Of a stretch of DNA of 64,000 bases, positions 61,558 to 64,000 are shown piece by piece (positions within the stretch are counted from its first letter, which is position 1; the number at the start of each line of letters is the position of its first letter). The stretch lies in contig CATNEN010000001.1 of NCBI GenBank assembly GCA_950097015.1, positions 744,001-808,000 on the forward strand. The letters run 5' to 3'. The position numbers and the translations under genes were made by a program. The notes under the pieces are model-generated. The model searched no databases. It was given only the letters and a program-made list of their open reading frames with translations, and was not told where the DNA came from. The stretch comes from Macrostomum hystrix (taxonomy: Eukaryota > Animalia > Platyhelminthes).

Positions 61558-62976
61558 CTGTCACTCCATTCACTCTCTTATCTGTCACTCCATTCACTCT
61601 CTTATCTGTCACTCCATTCACTCTCTTATATTGTCACTCCATTCACTCATTCTGTCACTCCATTCACTCATTCTGTCACTCCATTCACTCTCTTATCTGT
61701 CACTCCATTCACTCTCTTATCTGTCACTCCCATTCACTCCCTTCTGTCACTTCATTCACTCATTCTGTCACTCCATTCACTCATTCTATCACTCCCATTC
61801 ACTCATTCTGTCACTCCATTCACTCATTCTGTCACTCCATTCACTCATTCTATCACTCCCATTCACTCATTCTGTCACTCCATTCACTCATTCTATCACT
61901 CCCATTCACTCATTCTGTCACTCCATTCACTCATTCTGTCACTCCCATTCACTCATTCTGTCACTCCATTCACTCATTCTGTCACTCCCATTCACTCATT
62001 CTGTCACTCCATTCACTCATTCTGTCACTCCATTCACTCATTCTATCACTCCCATTCACTCATTCTGTCACTCCATTCACTCATTCTATCACTCCCATTC
62101 ACTCATTCTGTCACTCCATTCACTCATTCTGTCACTCCATTCACTCATTCTATCACTCCCATTCACTCATTCTGTCACTCCATTCACTCATTCTATCACT
62201 CCCATTCACTCATTCTGTCACTCCATTCACTCATTCTGTCACTCCCATTCACTCATTCTGTCACTCCATTCACTCATTCTGTCACTCCATTCACTCATTC
62301 TATCACTCCCATTCACTCATTCTGTCACTCCATTCACTCATTCTATCACTCCCATTCACTCATTCTGTCACTCCATTCACTCATTCTGTCACTCCATTCA
62401 CTCATTCTATCACTCCCATTCACTCATTCTGTCACTCCATTCACTCATTCTGTCACTCCATTCACTCATTCTATCACTCCCATTCACTCATTCTGTCACT
62501 CCATTCACTCTCTTATCTGTCACTCCATTCACTCCCTTCTCCATTCACTCACTTCACTCACTCCATTAACTCTCTTATCTGTCACTCCATTCACTCTCTT
62601 ATCTGTCACTTCATTCACTCTCTTATCTGTCACTCCATTCACTCTCTTATCTGCCACTCCATTCACACTGTTATCTGTCACTCCATTCACTCTCTTATCT
62701 GTCACTCCATTCACTCCCTTCTCCATTCACTCACTTCACTCACTCCATTAACTCTCTTATCTGTCACTCCATTCACTCTCTTATCTGTCACTCCATTCAC
62801 TCTCTTATCTGTCACTCCATTCACTCCCTTCTGTCACTCCATTCACTCTCTTATCTGTCACTTCATTCACTCTCTTATCTGTCACTCCATTCACTCCCAT
62901 TCACTCCATTCACTCCCTTCTGTCACTCCATTCACTCCCATTCACTCCATTCACTCCCTTCTGTCACTCCATTCAC
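61558..62976. repeat. 21-24-bp minisatellite (TCTGTCACTCCATTCACTCAT and variants)
   Basis: Direct inspection; 24-bp TCTCTTATCTG variants at both ends, 21/22-bp variants in the middle. Confidence 0.95.
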
Positions 62977-64000
62977 AGCTTTGGTATATTTATCTATCGC
63001 CGAGCTAAGAAGTGCTTATTTACCTACAAATCAGAGTATGCAGCTCTAAATGATTAATTGCATTACCTTTTTGATGTCGCCTATTACAAAGGCTTTTCTG
63101 CTCAAATCCCTTTAATTCTCTCTTTCTGCATTTTAGTCGCATCTTTCCTTTGAGCAGTGCTTTAATTCTTTGCCAAAACAAATTTTCTTTCTGCCGCATG
63201 AACCTTCGATTAAGGCATTGCTAAAATTTCAATCAGATGCTAGCCCCCCAACAGCCGCAATTTCTGCCTGTCAGGTTTTACCGAAATCTTCCCCTAGGGG
63301 GTCCTGACTGGCAAAGAGTCACAGTTAATAACTCATATCCGGCATGAGGGTCAGGGCTGCAGCAAACAGAGCGGGGGGATAACCTTGCTAGTTTGCTTAG
63401 CAACCCAAGCATCAGGAAGTTGAGACGAAGATTATAATAGACAAGCTGATGAGTTTGAAGCTGCGGATAAATTTTAGGAAATGTTTTCAACACGCAACGT
63501 CTGTAGACACTTGTGTCCAATCCTAAGTGTCAAATTTCTCTATTCTCTATTCTACTGTTAAAGATTTATTTTAAAAATGCAGGTAAACTTACTGTGAAAT
63601 TTACGGTCGAAAAAATTGCACCGATTTTCTGATTCAACTTGCCTCGAAGCTAATTTTCGATTGGAGCAGTTAAAAATAAATGTGGCTCAATTCATGCGTG
63701 AGTTCTTCTCATCTGAAACGACTGCGTGGCCGTTTGTACGTAAACTGATGACATAATTAGAATAAAAGAGTGACTGAATGTTGAAAAGCTTTCAAGCATC
63801 AATCTTTATGCTACTCAGTTCGGGAAAATGTATCTCGACATTGCTTAACGCTTTCGTTTGACTTCGATATTTCTTCCTTAATTTAGCCATGAAGTCTGAT
63901 GAATCGATGCTACATTGATGAAGCAATCACTGTTGTTCGTACTCTTGTGAACAGACAGAGGCAAACCTGTTAGACACATGCTAACCTGTTAGACACATCA

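Noticed and set aside
61523-62726. 348-aa His/Ser-rich ORF
   Set aside because: Translation of the 21-24-bp minisatellite with no non-repetitive coding signal.
59690-63530. Possible minus-strand exons (~59700-60014, ~63280-63520)
   Set aside because: Splice-like signals are present but there is no consistent reading frame or recognisable protein motif; they could be UTR or non-coding exons but cannot be supported.

Overview
Eukaryotic (metazoan) genomic DNA with spliceosomal GT-AG introns; the GC-rich exons, AT-rich introns and very dense minisatellites resemble a free-living flatworm such as Macrostomum (inference only). About 55% of the window is tandem repeat, including a ~17.5-kb 23-bp satellite (37866-55396) with nested 2,415-bp and 5,543-bp higher-order duplications. 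Five spliced protein genes were reconstructed by hand with phase-consistent junctions: a cationic amino-acid transporter (SLC7A/CAT, minus, 4 exons, 658 aa); an ATF7IP/MCAF/Windei-like protein (minus, 5' end uncertain); a 13-exon, ~924-aa intermediate-filament protein with an LMNTD1-type lamin-tail domain (plus, no CaaX); a GM2-activator/ML-domain protein (plus, 3 exons, 175 aa); and a rhodopsin-family peptide GPCR (plus, 2 exons, 419 aa). Also present are an intronic tRNA-Phe(GAA), two families of tRNA-derived SINEs, and a dead 5'-truncated LINE inserted into a CRE-palindrome minisatellite. The most unusual structure is a 52-bp array in CAT intron 2 that copies the exon end plus 5' splice site, giving twelve AG-[27-nt in-frame]-GT pseudo-microexons. 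No CRISPR or prokaryotic system is supported.
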